Assembly (NCBI GenBank): GCA_041477065.1
Contig: JBGOUQ010000001.1
Span: forward strand, 77,258-141,257
Reading direction: 5' to 3'
DNA length: 64,000 bases
Origin: Gemmatimonadota bacterium
Lineage (GTDB): Bacteria; Gemmatimonadota; Gemmatimonadetes; Gemmatimonadales; GWC2-71-9
Position numbers and translations under genes: made by a program. Of the stretch, positions 54,101-63,887 are shown one piece after another. Position 1 is the first letter of the stretch. Each line of letters starts with the position of its first letter. The notes beneath the pieces were generated by a model. That model did not search any database and was not told the DNA's origin. It was given only the letters and a program-made list of their open reading frames with translations.

Positions 54101-55309
54101 ATGCCTACCCCTGCCCCCCGCGCCTCGCTCGGCACGCTGATCCCCGCGACGATCGCCCTCGCCTTCCTGGCCGACGCCGCGTTGCGCCCCCTGCCCCGCG
54201 CGGCCGTCAGCTTTCGCGCCTGGGAGGCGGCACGCACTCCGGGCGGCGATGGCCCGTTCTTGCCGAGCTTCACTTATCGGAATGCGCGCGCGTACGGGGA
54301 TCTGGCGGGACTGGGCAATCTCCCGGAGGCCCGGGAGATTCACCCGGAGCTGTTCGTCACCGACTCGTTCGGGTACCCGAATCCACCCGGCACGTTGGAC
54401 CGCGGGCCCGCCGACATCCTGCTCTACGGCAGCTCCTTTTCGGTCGGTGCCGAGGTGCCGGTGTCGGCGGCGCTGCCCGCGCAGCTCGCGCGGCGGACGG
54501 GGAACGTGGTCTACAACGCCGCGAGCGGAGACTACCGGCTCCCCGAGCTGCTCAGCGTCGCGCGGCGCGCGCTGAAAGCAGGTGGAACGGTCATGTTCGA
54601 GTATCCCGAGAATCGCGATCCACCGGGGATGCTCGCCGTCATCGCGCCGCGCGGAGTGGCGGCGTGTCGCCAGAGCCTCAGGCGGGTCGATCTTGCGGCG
54701 CTTTGTTCCCGCTGGTTTCCCCTGCGCCGGCACCTTGAATTCTCTCCGCTCGCGGTCCTGGCGCAGCGCGGGCGCAAACGGCTCGAGAACGGCCGGATCT
54801 TCCCCAATCCGTACGCGACGCGCGTGGTATCACGACGACTCTCGTTGGAGGAGGGCATCGCCGCCGACATGCTGTTTCTGGCCGACGACACCATACGCGT
54901 GCATCGGCCGCCGTCACTCGAGGGGGCGGCGCGCTATTTCCATTGGGTGCGCGGGAAGGTGGAAGGCGCGGGTTACCGGTTGGTGGTTCTGCTCGTCCCC
55001 GACAAGTACACCGTGTACCGTCGCTTGCTCGTCCCGCCCGATTCCACACCATTGCCGGGCGACCGTTACCTCCCCGATCTTGCGACCCGTCTGCACGCCG
55101 ACGGCATCCCGGTCGCCGACCTCAGCGCCACCTTCCGCGAAGCAGCGACGCGTGGCCTGGGTTCAGGCACGACCATCTATTTCCGGGATGACACGCACTG
55201 GAACGCCCGCGGGATCGCGCTAGCGGCGGACGCGCTGACGGCCGCGCTCCGTGCACACGAACACCATCGCCGGCTTGCCGAGGCCGCCCCTCGGTCCGTG
55301 GCGCGGTGA
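54101..55309 (+). CDS. AlgJ/AlgX-like (DHHW/SGNH-type) O-acetylation partner protein
   Basis: Track ORF 53996..55309; ATG 54101 lies 2 nt after the MBOAT stop. N-terminal anchor ...ATIALAFLADAAL. C-terminal YFRDDTHWNARG motif. Confidence 0.6.
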   Translation: MPTPAPRASLGTLIPATIALAFLADAALRPLPRAAVSFRAWEAARTPGGDGPFLPSFTYRNARAYGDLAGLGNLPEAREIHPELFVTDSFGYPNPPGTLDRGPADILLYGSSFSVGAEVPVSAALPAQLARRTGNVVYNAASGDYRLPELLSVARRALKAGGTVMFEYPENRDPPGMLAVIAPRGVAACRQSLRRVDLAALCSRWFPLRRHLEFSPLAVLAQRGRKRLENGRIFPNPYATRVVSRRLSLEEGIAADMLFLADDTIRVHRPPSLEGAARYFHWVRGKVEGAGYRLVVLLVPDKYTVYRRLLVPPDSTPLPGDRYLPDLATRLHADGIPVADLSATFREAATRGLGSGTTIYFRDDTHWNARGIALAADALTAALRAHEHHRRLAEAAPRSVAR

Positions 55310-55444
55310 CGTCCAGCACACCAGCACCCGGTGCTTCCTGGCCACGGTCAGTCTGATGCAGATCGTCTTGCCTCTGCGTCGCGGCTTGATGGCACGGCAG
55401 CGCTTGCCGGCTTCCTGGAAGTGGCGCTTGATAGAGTCGGCGAG

Positions 55445-55522
55445 TGAGACCCCAGGGATGCTTCGGATCTCGAGCGGCACCTCTTCGACGTACACTCCCG
55501 GTGCGAGATATTCCGGCATCAA
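55445..55522 (-). pseudogene. Stranded N-terminal fragment of a contractile-tail sheath gene
   Basis: GAGGAGG SD then (M)MPEYLAPGVYVEEVPLEIRSIPGVS, the canonical sheath N-terminus (xYxxPGVY[IV]EE...I.GV). Similarity is lost after ~26 codons, and the ORF runs into the 3' end of the AlgJ-like gene. Confidence 0.4.
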
Positions 55523-55537
55523 GCCTCCTCGGCCCGC

Positions 55538-56107
55538 TTACCTGTGGGTCTGGCGCTTCGCAGCGCCGGCCTGGAACAAGGCCAGATATCGTCCATAGCC
55601 TTCGGCTTCCAGGCGGTCGACCGGAACGAACCGCAGCGACGCCGAGTTGATACAGTACCGCAGCCCGGTGGGGGCGGGGCCGTCGTCGAACAGGTGTCCC
55701 AGGTGGGAATCGGCGTGCGCGGACCGGACCTCGGTCCGCTCCATGAGCAGACTGCGGTCGGTCTTGGCCCTGATGTTCTCCGCCTCGAGCGGCTTGGTGA
55801 AGCTCGGCCAGCCGGTGCCGGACTCGAACTTATCGAGCGAGCTGAACAGGGGCTCGCCGGACACGACGTCGATGTAGATCCCGGCCTGATGGTTGTCCCA
55901 GAACTCGTTGCTGAAGGGGCGCTCGGTCACCTCGTGCTGGGTCACCTGGTACTGGAGCGGAGTCAGCGCGCGACGCAGCTCCGCGTCGCTCGGCTTCTGG
56001 AAGACCACAGGGTCCCATCCTTTCTTCGCGATCTGAGCGGCGGCGGGCGGGGCGAGGGTGCAGACGCCGAGCAGCAGCGACGCGATCAGGGCCGGGGATC
56101 GAAGCAT
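55538..56107 (-). CDS. msrB: Peptide-methionine (R)-S-oxide reductase MsrB, exported form
   Basis: Track ORF 55538..56161; start taken at [42 protein letters not shown] and [11 protein letters not shown] motifs. Confidence 0.9.
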   Translation of the reverse strand: MLRSPALIASLLLGVCTLAPPAAAQIAKKGWDPVVFQKPSDAELRRALTPLQYQVTQHEVTERPFSNEFWDNHQAGIYIDVVSGEPLFSSLDKFESGTGWPSFTKPLEAENIRAKTDRSLLMERTEVRSAHADSHLGHLFDDGPAPTGLRYCINSASLRFVPVDRLEAEGYGRYLALFQAGAAKRQTHR

Positions 56108-56264
56108 GGTTGGCCTCATCAGTGGAGAATGGCCACGGGCAGAATCAAGCTGCCGATACACGCACTCTCAGTCACATACTAACCCGTCTCCCGCCGTCCC
56201 TGTAGGTCCCGCAGCACAACCCAGGGTCCTTGCGCTTCGGGCCTGAAGCCTTGAACATGTCCTT

Positions 56265-57974
56265 GTGCAACACATCCATCTTGGCGCGATCGACTACGCG
56301 ATCCTGATCGTCTATTTCGCGTTCGTGGTCGGCATCGGCTGGGTCCTGCGGCGATTCGTCAAGAGCAGCGACGACTTCTTCCTCTCGGGACGCTCCATTC
56401 CGGCGTGGATCGCCGGGCTCGCGTTCATCTCGGCGAACCTCGGCGCGCAGGAAGTGATCGGGATGGGCGCCTCGGGCGCCAAGTACGGCATGATGACGAG
56501 CCACTTTTACTGGCTCGGGGCGATCCCCGCTATGGTGTTCGTCGGGATCTTCATGATGCCGTTCTACTACGGCTCGCGCGCGCGCTCCGTGCCGGAGTAT
56601 CTCAAGCTCCGATTCGACGAGAAGACCCGGGGCTTCAACGCGGTCACTTTCGCGGTGATGACCGTGTTCTCCTCGGGCATTTCCATGTACGCCCTCGCCA
56701 AGCTGCTCGAGCTCCTGCTCGGGTGGAGCTTTCACGCGAGCGTGGTCCTGTCGGCCGTCATCGTCCTGGTCTACATCTTCATGGGTGGACTGACCTCCGC
56801 GATCTACAATGAAGTGCTGCAGTTCTTTCTCATCGTCATGGGCTTCCTCCCGTTGGTGCTCCTCGGTCTCAAGGACGTGGGCGGCTGGGCCGGGCTGACG
56901 GCGAAGCTGCAGACCGTCGCGACGAACGCCGGGTTCGCCCCGGGCGCCTGGTCCGCCTCGTGGCGCCACCTCGACTCGCCGAGCGCCAACCCCATGGGCG
57001 TCGAGTGGTTCGGCATGGTGATGGGATTGGGGTTCGTCCTGTCGTTCGGCTATTGGTGTACGGACTTTCTGGTCGTCCAGCGGGCCATGGCCGCCGACTC
57101 GATGGCCGGCGCACGCCGCACCCCCCTCCTGGCCGCCTTTCCGAAAATGCTGTTTCCCGCCCTCGTGATTCTGCCGGGGATGATCGCCATCGCGCTGCAC
57201 GTCACTCGCGGAGGACTGCTCCCGATCGGCAGCGATGGAACGCCGAACTACAATCTCGCGGTACCCGTGATGCTCGCGCATTACCTGCCGTCAGGCCTCC
57301 TCGGCCTCGGTCTCACCGCGCTCATGGCGTCGTTCATGTCCGGCATGGCCGGGAACGTCACGGCGTTCAACACGGTGTGGACCTACGACATTTATCAGTC
57401 GTACATCCGGCCGGGGCAGTCGGACGGGCACTATCTGCGGATGGGTCATGCGGCCACTGTGTTCGGGATCCTCCTCAGCGTGGCCGCGGCGTACGCCACG
57501 ACGCGGTTCAACAACATCATGGACATGCTCCAGCTCGTCTTCGCGTTCGTCAACGCGCCGTTGTTCGCGACGTTCCTGCTGGGGATGTTCTGGCGTCGAA
57601 CCACGGGCCACGGGGCGTTTTTCGGCCTGCTGATCGGTACGGCAGCGGCGGCGATCCACCACGGGCTCGTGCTGCCGCACGGCGCGGTGCCCGGCCTGAA
57701 GGGCGCGTTTCTGGGCACGGTGCTGCACACCTACCCGAGCGAGATGGCGCAGAACTTCTGGACCGCCATCTTCGCGTGGACCGCCTGCTTCGTGGCGACG
57801 ATCGCGATCTCGCTCTTCACGAGGGGCACCAAGTCGGACGACGACCTTCGAGGGCTGGTGTACGCCTTGACGCCTCGCCTGACGGACCGCGAGATGCCGT
57901 GGTACAAGCGGCCCGCCACCCTCGGCGTGGTCGTGCTGGGGCTGACGCTCGTCCTCAACGTGATCTTCTGGTGA
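56265..57974 (+). CDS. Sodium:solute symporter (SSS family, SGLT-like)
   Basis: 569 aa with ~13-14 TM helices. N-terminal ...DDFFLSGRSIPAWIAGLAFISANLGAQEVIGMGASG. Confidence 0.9.
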   Translation: MQHIHLGAIDYAILIVYFAFVVGIGWVLRRFVKSSDDFFLSGRSIPAWIAGLAFISANLGAQEVIGMGASGAKYGMMTSHFYWLGAIPAMVFVGIFMMPFYYGSRARSVPEYLKLRFDEKTRGFNAVTFAVMTVFSSGISMYALAKLLELLLGWSFHASVVLSAVIVLVYIFMGGLTSAIYNEVLQFFLIVMGFLPLVLLGLKDVGGWAGLTAKLQTVATNAGFAPGAWSASWRHLDSPSANPMGVEWFGMVMGLGFVLSFGYWCTDFLVVQRAMAADSMAGARRTPLLAAFPKMLFPALVILPGMIAIALHVTRGGLLPIGSDGTPNYNLAVPVMLAHYLPSGLLGLGLTALMASFMSGMAGNVTAFNTVWTYDIYQSYIRPGQSDGHYLRMGHAATVFGILLSVAAAYATTRFNNIMDMLQLVFAFVNAPLFATFLLGMFWRRTTGHGAFFGLLIGTAAAAIHHGLVLPHGAVPGLKGAFLGTVLHTYPSEMAQNFWTAIFAWTACFVATIAISLFTRGTKSDDDLRGLVYALTPRLTDREMPWYKRPATLGVVVLGLTLVLNVIFW

Positions 57975-57981
57975 TCGCTCG

Positions 57982-58194
57982 ATGAAACTGGACCTGCGAC
58001 TGCCGATCGGCCTGATGTTCACACTCTTCGGCGCGATACTGACCTCGTACGGGCTCGTGTCGGACGCGGCGATCTATGACCGGTCGCTCGGGATCAACGT
58101 GAATCTGTGGTGGGGACTGGTGGTGCTGGCGTTCGGGCTCGTGATGCTCGCGTTCGCGATCTGGGCGGGGGGAAAGCGGCCCGGCAGGACGTGA
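57982..58194 (+). CDS. Small two-TM membrane protein adjacent to the SSS transporter
   Basis: 70 aa, two hydrophobic helices. Starts 7 nt after the transporter stop. Confidence 0.5.
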   Translation: MKLDLRLPIGLMFTLFGAILTSYGLVSDAAIYDRSLGINVNLWWGLVVLAFGLVMLAFAIWAGGKRPGRT

Positions 58195-58226
58195 GGCTGC
58201 GCCGTTGTGAAGCGGGGGAGGGAGCG

Positions 58227-58616
58227 ATGCGTCGCGGATCGTGGTTCCTGGTCGCCGGGTTTCTCTGGACGGGCTTCGCCTGCGCGCACGGCCGCGGCGC
58301 GGCCGCGGACCCCGGCACGGCTCGGCCCGCCGACGTCCTCGTAAACGTCACCAACAACTACGCGACCTCCATGGAGGTCCACGCCATCGCCTCCGGGATC
58401 AACTACCGGATGGGGACGGTGAGTCCGGGGATCCCCCGCCAGTTCGTGCTCCAACGCGCCATACTTGGCAGCGGTGGGATGGTCGAGTTCCTCGCTCAAG
58501 CCAGTGGTTACGGGCCGCGGGCCCGGTCCGAGCAACTCCAGCTCGTGCCGGGGGACATTGTGGACTTCGTGATCGCGACCAATCTGGAGGGCAGCACAGC
58601 CACGGTGCGAAAATAG
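58227..58616 (+). CDS. Hypothetical exported protein/lipoprotein
   Basis: Track ORF 58107..58616; ATG 58227 follows GGGAGGGAG. MRRGSWFLVAGFLWTGFACAHG. Confidence 0.45.
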   Translation: MRRGSWFLVAGFLWTGFACAHGRGAAADPGTARPADVLVNVTNNYATSMEVHAIASGINYRMGTVSPGIPRQFVLQRAILGSGGMVEFLAQASGYGPRARSEQLQLVPGDIVDFVIATNLEGSTATVRK

Positions 58617-58644
58617 CCGCCCACCCACCAAGGCACGGCGTACC

Positions 58645-59934
58645 ATGAGCGAGCGCAGGAAGGTCGCGATCGTCGTCGCCGGCGGGCCGGCACCCGGGAT
58701 CAACGCGGTGATCGGCGCAGCCACGATCCGCTGCGTCCTGGAAGGGGTGGACGTCCTGGGGATCCAGGATGGTTTCGAGTGGATCATGCGCGGCGACATC
58801 GATCATGTTCTCCCCCTCGACATCGCAACGGTGAGCCGCATCCACTCCCGCGGCGGGTCGATCATCGGCATTGCGCGCGCCAACCCCACCGCCGATCCCC
58901 GGCTTCTCGAGAACACGATCCTCTCCCTGCTGCGCCTCGATGTGACGCACTTGATCACCATCGGCGGTGACGATACCGCGTACACGGCGATGCGCCTCGA
59001 CGAGCAGTCGGCGGGCCGCGTCCATGTCGTGCACGTGCCGAAGACGATCGACAACGACATCGCCTTGCCGCCGGAGATCGACACGTTCGGGTTCCAGACA
59101 GCCCGCCATCACGGCGCGGAGATCGTCAAGAACCTGATGGCGGACGCCCACACCACGTCGCGCTGGTACTTCGTCATCACCATGGGACGGAAGACAGGGC
59201 ACCTCGCCCTGGGGATCGGGAAGGCGGCCGGAGCTACGCTCACGCTCATCCCTGAGGAGTTCGGGATCCGCAGGATCCCGTTCAAAGCGATTACCGACAC
59301 CCTGGTGGGGGCCATCATCAAGCGGCTGGCCCTGGGGAGGCTGCACGGCGTGGCGGTCATCGCGGAGGGCGTGGTCGAAGGGATCGATCCGCGGGATCTG
59401 GCGGGGATCGAGGGGGTCGAGCGCGATGCGCACGGCAACCTCCGCATCGCCGAGGTCGCCATCGGGGGGATTCTGAAGCAGGCGGTGCAGGAGCGGCTGC
59501 GGCAGTTCGGGATCAAGACGACCATCGTCGCCAAGGACATCGGCTACGAGCTGCGGTGCGCCGACCCGATCCCGTACGACATGGAGTACGCCCGGGACCT
59601 GGGGTACTGTGCCGCGAAGTACCTGCTGTCCGGGGGCCGCGCCGTGATGGTCTCGATGCAGGGTGGCGAGTTCGTGCCCATCCCCTTCCGGGAGCTGCTC
59701 GACGCGGAGACGGGCCGGACGCGCATCCGCTACGTGAACATCCACTCGACGCGCTACGCCATCGCGCGCCGCTACATGATCCGGCTGCGCCGCGATGACT
59801 TCGAGAACCCGCACGAGATCGCGCGCTTCGCGGCCGCCGCCCATCTCTCGCTGGAGGAGTTCCGGGACCAGTTCGAGTCCCTGGTGCAGGACGAGCCGCC
59901 GCCGCTCGACATCACGGTACCGCCGCCGCAGTGA
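58645..59934 (+). CDS. pfk: 6-phosphofructokinase (GGDD-type, possibly PPi-dependent)
   Basis: VAGGPAPGINAVI, TIGGDDTAYTA, PKTIDNDI, MGRKTGHLAL. Confidence 0.9.
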   Translation: MSERRKVAIVVAGGPAPGINAVIGAATIRCVLEGVDVLGIQDGFEWIMRGDIDHVLPLDIATVSRIHSRGGSIIGIARANPTADPRLLENTILSLLRLDVTHLITIGGDDTAYTAMRLDEQSAGRVHVVHVPKTIDNDIALPPEIDTFGFQTARHHGAEIVKNLMADAHTTSRWYFVITMGRKTGHLALGIGKAAGATLTLIPEEFGIRRIPFKAITDTLVGAIIKRLALGRLHGVAVIAEGVVEGIDPRDLAGIEGVERDAHGNLRIAEVAIGGILKQAVQERLRQFGIKTTIVAKDIGYELRCADPIPYDMEYARDLGYCAAKYLLSGGRAVMVSMQGGEFVPIPFRELLDAETGRTRIRYVNIHSTRYAIARRYMIRLRRDDFENPHEIARFAAAAHLSLEEFRDQFESLVQDEPPPLDITVPPPQ

Positions 59935-60971
59935 ACCCTGGCGCCGGTGGCCGGGCGGACGTCACGCGGGCTGCGTTCGGCACAACCCCCAGCGGGAACC
60001 CGGTGGAGGCCTTCACCCTGACCAACAGCCACGGCCTCGAAGTGCGGGCCGCAACGTACGGCGGCATCATCGTGTCACTCTCCGTCCCTGATCGGGACGG
60101 ACGCGCAGCCGATGTCGTCCTCGGGCACGACTCGCTCGAGGAGTACCTCAGCGACACCTCGTACTTCGGTGCGATCGTCGGACGCTTCGCCAACCGGATC
60201 GCCAATGCCCGGTTCACCGTGGACGGGAGGACGTACCGGTTGGCTCCCAACGACGGGCCCAACCACCTGCACGGCGGTCGCACCGGATTCGACCGGGTCG
60301 TGTGGCGCGCCGCTCCGTTTCGCACCGACCGGACGGCCGGTGTCGCGCTGAGCTACACCAGCCCCGACGGGGAAGAAGGCTACCCGGGCAACCTGGACAC
60401 ACGGGTCACGTATACGCTGACGGACCGGAACGAGCTGGTGGTGGACTACCTGGCCACGACCGACCGAGCCTCGCCGGTGAACCTCACGCAGCACAGCTAC
60501 TTCAACCTCGCGGGCGCCGGTGACGTCCTCGGCCACCTGCTGCAGATCAACGCCGACCTGATGACGCCCGTGGACGAGAACCTCATTCCGACGGGCAGGG
60601 TCGCGCCGGTTGCCGGGACACCCTTCGACTTCCGCTCGCTCACCGGCATCGGCGCCCGGATCGCGACCGACGACGAGCAGCTCCGCCGCGGCCGTGGCTA
60701 CGACCACAACTTCGTGCTGAACCGGGGAGAATCCGGACTGGTCCACGCGGCGCAGGTCGTCGAGCCCACGTCGGGGCGCACGCTCGATGTCCACACGACC
60801 GAACCGGGCCTGCAGTTCTACTCGGGCAATCACCTCCACCACGCGGGGCTGTGCCTCGAGAGCCAGCACTATCCCGACTCCCCGAACCAGCCTGGCTTCC
60901 CCTCCACCCTGCTCCGGCCGGGCGTGGAGTACCGCTCGCGGACGGTCTTTGCCTTCGGCGTGACCGGCTAA
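59931..60971 (+). CDS. galM: Aldose 1-epimerase (galactose mutarotase)
   Basis: GTG overlaps the pfk stop (GTGA). ...GPNHLHGG..., LTQHSYFNL, full-length mutarotase-like. Confidence 0.9.
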   Translation: MNPGAGGRADVTRAAFGTTPSGNPVEAFTLTNSHGLEVRAATYGGIIVSLSVPDRDGRAADVVLGHDSLEEYLSDTSYFGAIVGRFANRIANARFTVDGRTYRLAPNDGPNHLHGGRTGFDRVVWRAAPFRTDRTAGVALSYTSPDGEEGYPGNLDTRVTYTLTDRNELVVDYLATTDRASPVNLTQHSYFNLAGAGDVLGHLLQINADLMTPVDENLIPTGRVAPVAGTPFDFRSLTGIGARIATDDEQLRRGRGYDHNFVLNRGESGLVHAAQVVEPTSGRTLDVHTTEPGLQFYSGNHLHHAGLCLESQHYPDSPNQPGFPSTLLRPGVEYRSRTVFAFGVTG

Positions 60972-60982
60972 TGTAAGGACGT

Positions 60983-62206
60983 ATGCACCCGACTCTCGCC
61001 CTCGCCGTCCTGCTCGCCGCCGCGCCCTGCGCCGCAATGAGGCAGGCCGCCACCGATCCGGCCCCCGCATGCTGCACAGCGACGATCCGGGTGACAGTGC
61101 CGGAAGCCACGGGCACCGTCTATCTCGCCGGCAGCCTTCCTGAGCTGGGACCGTGGCGACCCGACGGCCGCGCCATGGTGGGCGCGGGGCGCGAGCGCAC
61201 GGCGCGGGTCACGGCCCCGCGCGGCACGACACTCGAATACAAGTTCACGCTGGGCACCTGGGATCGTGAGGCGCTCAGCCCGGCCGGCGCGGTCCCGCCG
61301 AACAACCGGCTCCTCATCGATCGCGACGTCGAGGCCATTCACGAGATCACCGGCTTCAAGCGGGACCCGAGGGAGTACATGGCCGACTGGGCGGGCTCGG
61401 GAGTCGTTGGCCGCCTCGTCTACTGGACGGATGTCACGTCAGCGTTCCTGGGCCCCTCGCGCCACGTCGAGATCTGGCTGCCCCCCGGCTACGACAGCAC
61501 TCGATCCACGCGCTATCCCGTGCTCTACATGCATGACGGGCAGAACCTGTTCGACCCGCGCATCGCGAGTACGGGTGTCGACTGGGGCGTCGATGAAGCG
61601 GTGATGCGGCTCGTCCGGCGCGGCGCGATCCCGCCCGTGATCGTGGTGGGCGTCTGGAGTACGGCCGAGCGGGGGCCGGAGTACTCGCCCTGGCACCGCG
61701 CTCCCGCCTACGCCCGTTTTCTCATCGAGGAGCTGATGCCGAGGGTCAACAGGGAATTCCGCACGCTGACCGGCCCGGAGAACACGGTCGTTATGGGCTC
61801 GTCCATGGGTGGGCTGCTGTCATTCTATCTCGTGACGCACCACCCGGACGTCTTCGGCGCGTGCGGCTGCGTGTCCACGCATTTCCCGCTCTCAGAGGCG
61901 GTGGTCGCGCGGAGCTTCCAAGGCCTCGCCCGCGTGGAAAACCCGGACACGACGCCTTACATCATCCGCGACATCGCAGCGGGTCTGCGGGTCCCCAAAG
62001 GAGCGCGATACTGGTTCGATTACGGCTCGCTGGGGCTCGACTCCGCCTACGGACCCACCCACGAGGTGGTGCGCGCATGGCTGCTGCGGCAGGGCCTCGT
62101 CGAAGGCCGGGACTTCGTGGTTCGTCGCTACGAGGGACTCACGCATAACGAAGCGTCGTGGCGCGCACGGCTCACCGACCCGCTGACCTTTCTGTTCGCT
62201 CGCTGA
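60983..62206 (+). CDS. CBM20-like starch-binding domain fused to an esterase (enterochelin-esterase/esterase D fold)
   Basis: Signal peptide. VTVPEATGTVYLAGSLPELGPWRPDG...LEYKFTLGTW (CBM20-like). YPVLYMHDGQNLFDP and nucleophile elbow MGSSMGG. Confidence 0.75.
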   Translation: MHPTLALAVLLAAAPCAAMRQAATDPAPACCTATIRVTVPEATGTVYLAGSLPELGPWRPDGRAMVGAGRERTARVTAPRGTTLEYKFTLGTWDREALSPAGAVPPNNRLLIDRDVEAIHEITGFKRDPREYMADWAGSGVVGRLVYWTDVTSAFLGPSRHVEIWLPPGYDSTRSTRYPVLYMHDGQNLFDPRIASTGVDWGVDEAVMRLVRRGAIPPVIVVGVWSTAERGPEYSPWHRAPAYARFLIEELMPRVNREFRTLTGPENTVVMGSSMGGLLSFYLVTHHPDVFGACGCVSTHFPLSEAVVARSFQGLARVENPDTTPYIIRDIAAGLRVPKGARYWFDYGSLGLDSAYGPTHEVVRAWLLRQGLVEGRDFVVRRYEGLTHNEASWRARLTDPLTFLFAR

Positions 62207-63887
62207 GGAGCACGAGGCCGTATGCGGTGGTGAGGGAGACGCTGCCGCTCCCTACTCTGCCCCTGACCCCCGAGTAACCGTCCACCACCTCGGTGCCGTC
62301 CGGGAACACGCCGAAGACGGGAATCGTCTTGGCGCCCGCTCCCTGATCCAACGCGATCAGCACGCGATCCTGCAGCCCGTTCGCGTCGAGGATGCGGCTG
62401 AAGATGTACGGCTGCGCCTGGAGCCGTCGGTGCACCCCTGCTCCCACGGCCGGGTGAGCCCGGCGGAACTGGCCTAGCTTGCGCCAGTGCCGCAGAATCT
62501 CGGCGGTGCGCCCCTCCCCTCCCCTGCGCTCCAGATCAGTCCAGTTCATGAACGAGCGAAGGTTGGCGTCGCCGGCTGCGCCCGCGACCCTGAGGGGCCG
62601 GGCCAGCTCGTCCCCGTAATAGATCTGCGCGCCGCCAGGGGCCAGGAGGAGGCGGGTTCCGGCGCCGAAGGGATCGGTTCGGTTCAGATCGTACGGCGAT
62701 CCGTCATCGTGGGAGCTGACGTAGTTGAGGATCGCGACCCCGCGCAGTGCGCCTTCATGGAGCGCCGCGGAGTATCGCGTGAACAGGTCGTCCATCGGCC
62801 CGGCGGCGTCTCTCTTGAAGCCGAAGTTGATCAGGCCGTCGTACCCGTGGGCGAAGAAGTCCACCGTCCGGTCCCCGAAGTTGTACGCCCGCCCCTGGCT
62901 CGGCTCGTAGCCGTAGACCTCGCCCATCATGTAGAAGGGAAGGCTGTCCAGGACCTGGGCCGGATGGGCCCGCTTCCAGTCCGCAAACGCGCGCTCGGCT
63001 TCCCGTTTCAGCTCGGCGCTGACCGTCTCTCCGAAGTGCTTGGCGGTGTCGATCCGGTAGCCGTCGAACCCGAATTCGCGTACCCAGTCGGTGAGCCACT
63101 TGATGAGGTAGTAGCGAGGCGCCCTCGGGTAACCGGTGCGCGCGAAGAAGGCGTCGAGCCCGGCCCGCTCCCGATCCAGGCGGCCCTCCCGCCTCCACTG
63201 CTCGATCAGCGCCGCTGGAAGATCCACGGGATCGTCCCGATCGGTCCGGACGTCGGGGAGGGTGGCCACCAGCGTGCAGTCCACGGTGGTGGTGTAGTCC
63301 CGGTAGGTGCAGTTGGGGCCGGTGCGGACCCAATCGTCGGGCCACGGGGGATCCCGTGGCGTCACGGGCCCCGTGTGGTTGATGACGGCGTCCATGAGGA
63401 CACGGATGCCGCGTCGGTGCGCAGCGTCGACCAGCGCGCGCAGGTCGTCCTTGGTGCCCAGCGCCGGGTCCACCGCGGTCCAGTCCCGCGTCCAATAGCC
63501 GTGGTAGCCGTAGGTTCTCCCCGTCCCTTCGTCCACGCTCCCGTGGATCTGCTCCACGAAGGGGGTCAGCCAGATGGCGACTACTCCCAGACTGTCGAAG
63601 TACCCCTCCTCCACTTTCCGGAGCACGCCCGCGAGATCCCCGCCCTCGAAGCTGCGCAGCAGCGCCCCATCGTGCTCGCGGCCCAGGGCGCGGTCGTTGC
63701 GGGGATCGCCGTTCTGGAAGCGATCGGTGAGGAGGAAGTAGATGGTGGCGGAGTTCCAGAACGCCGCCGGGTCCGCCGCTCCGGCCGCCGCGACGGTCCG
63801 GCTTCGGGCGGCGGACGCCGGCGCCCGATAGACCCGGCCGGCAACGACGAGCGCGGCGATGCCGATGACCGCCCCGACGCGGCTCAT
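62172..63887 (-). CDS. GH13 alpha-amylase family glycosidase, secreted
   Basis: Signal peptide. GH13 regions VLMDAVINHTG, GFDGYRIDTAKH, YMMGEVYG, NYVSSHD. The 3' end overlaps the convergent esterase gene by 35 nt. Confidence 0.9.
   Translation of the reverse strand: MSRVGAVIGIAALVVAGRVYRAPASAARSRTVAAAGAADPAAFWNSATIYFLLTDRFQNGDPRNDRALGREHDGALLRSFEGGDLAGVLRKVEEGYFDSLGVVAIWLTPFVEQIHGSVDEGTGRTYGYHGYWTRDWTAVDPALGTKDDLRALVDAAHRRGIRVLMDAVINHTGPVTPRDPPWPDDWVRTGPNCTYRDYTTTVDCTLVATLPDVRTDRDDPVDLPAALIEQWRREGRLDRERAGLDAFFARTGYPRAPRYYLIKWLTDWVREFGFDGYRIDTAKHFGETVSAELKREAERAFADWKRAHPAQVLDSLPFYMMGEVYGYEPSQGRAYNFGDRTVDFFAHGYDGLINFGFKRDAAGPMDDLFTRYSAALHEGALRGVAILNYVSSHDDGSPYDLNRTDPFGAGTRLLLAPGGAQIYYGDELARPLRVAGAAGDANLRSFMNWTDLERRGGEGRTAEILRHWRKLGQFRRAHPAVGAGVHRRLQAQPYIFSRILDANGLQDRVLIALDQGAGAKTIPVFGVFPDGTEVVDGYSGVRGRVGSGSVSLTTAYGLVLLSERTERSAGR

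Noticed and set aside
55220-55522. The full 100-aa minus-strand ORF as an intact gene.
   Set aside because: Only the first ~26 residues are sheath-like. The rest is basic low-complexity sequence, and its last 90 nt overlap the AlgJ-like coding region. It is treated as a gene fragment.
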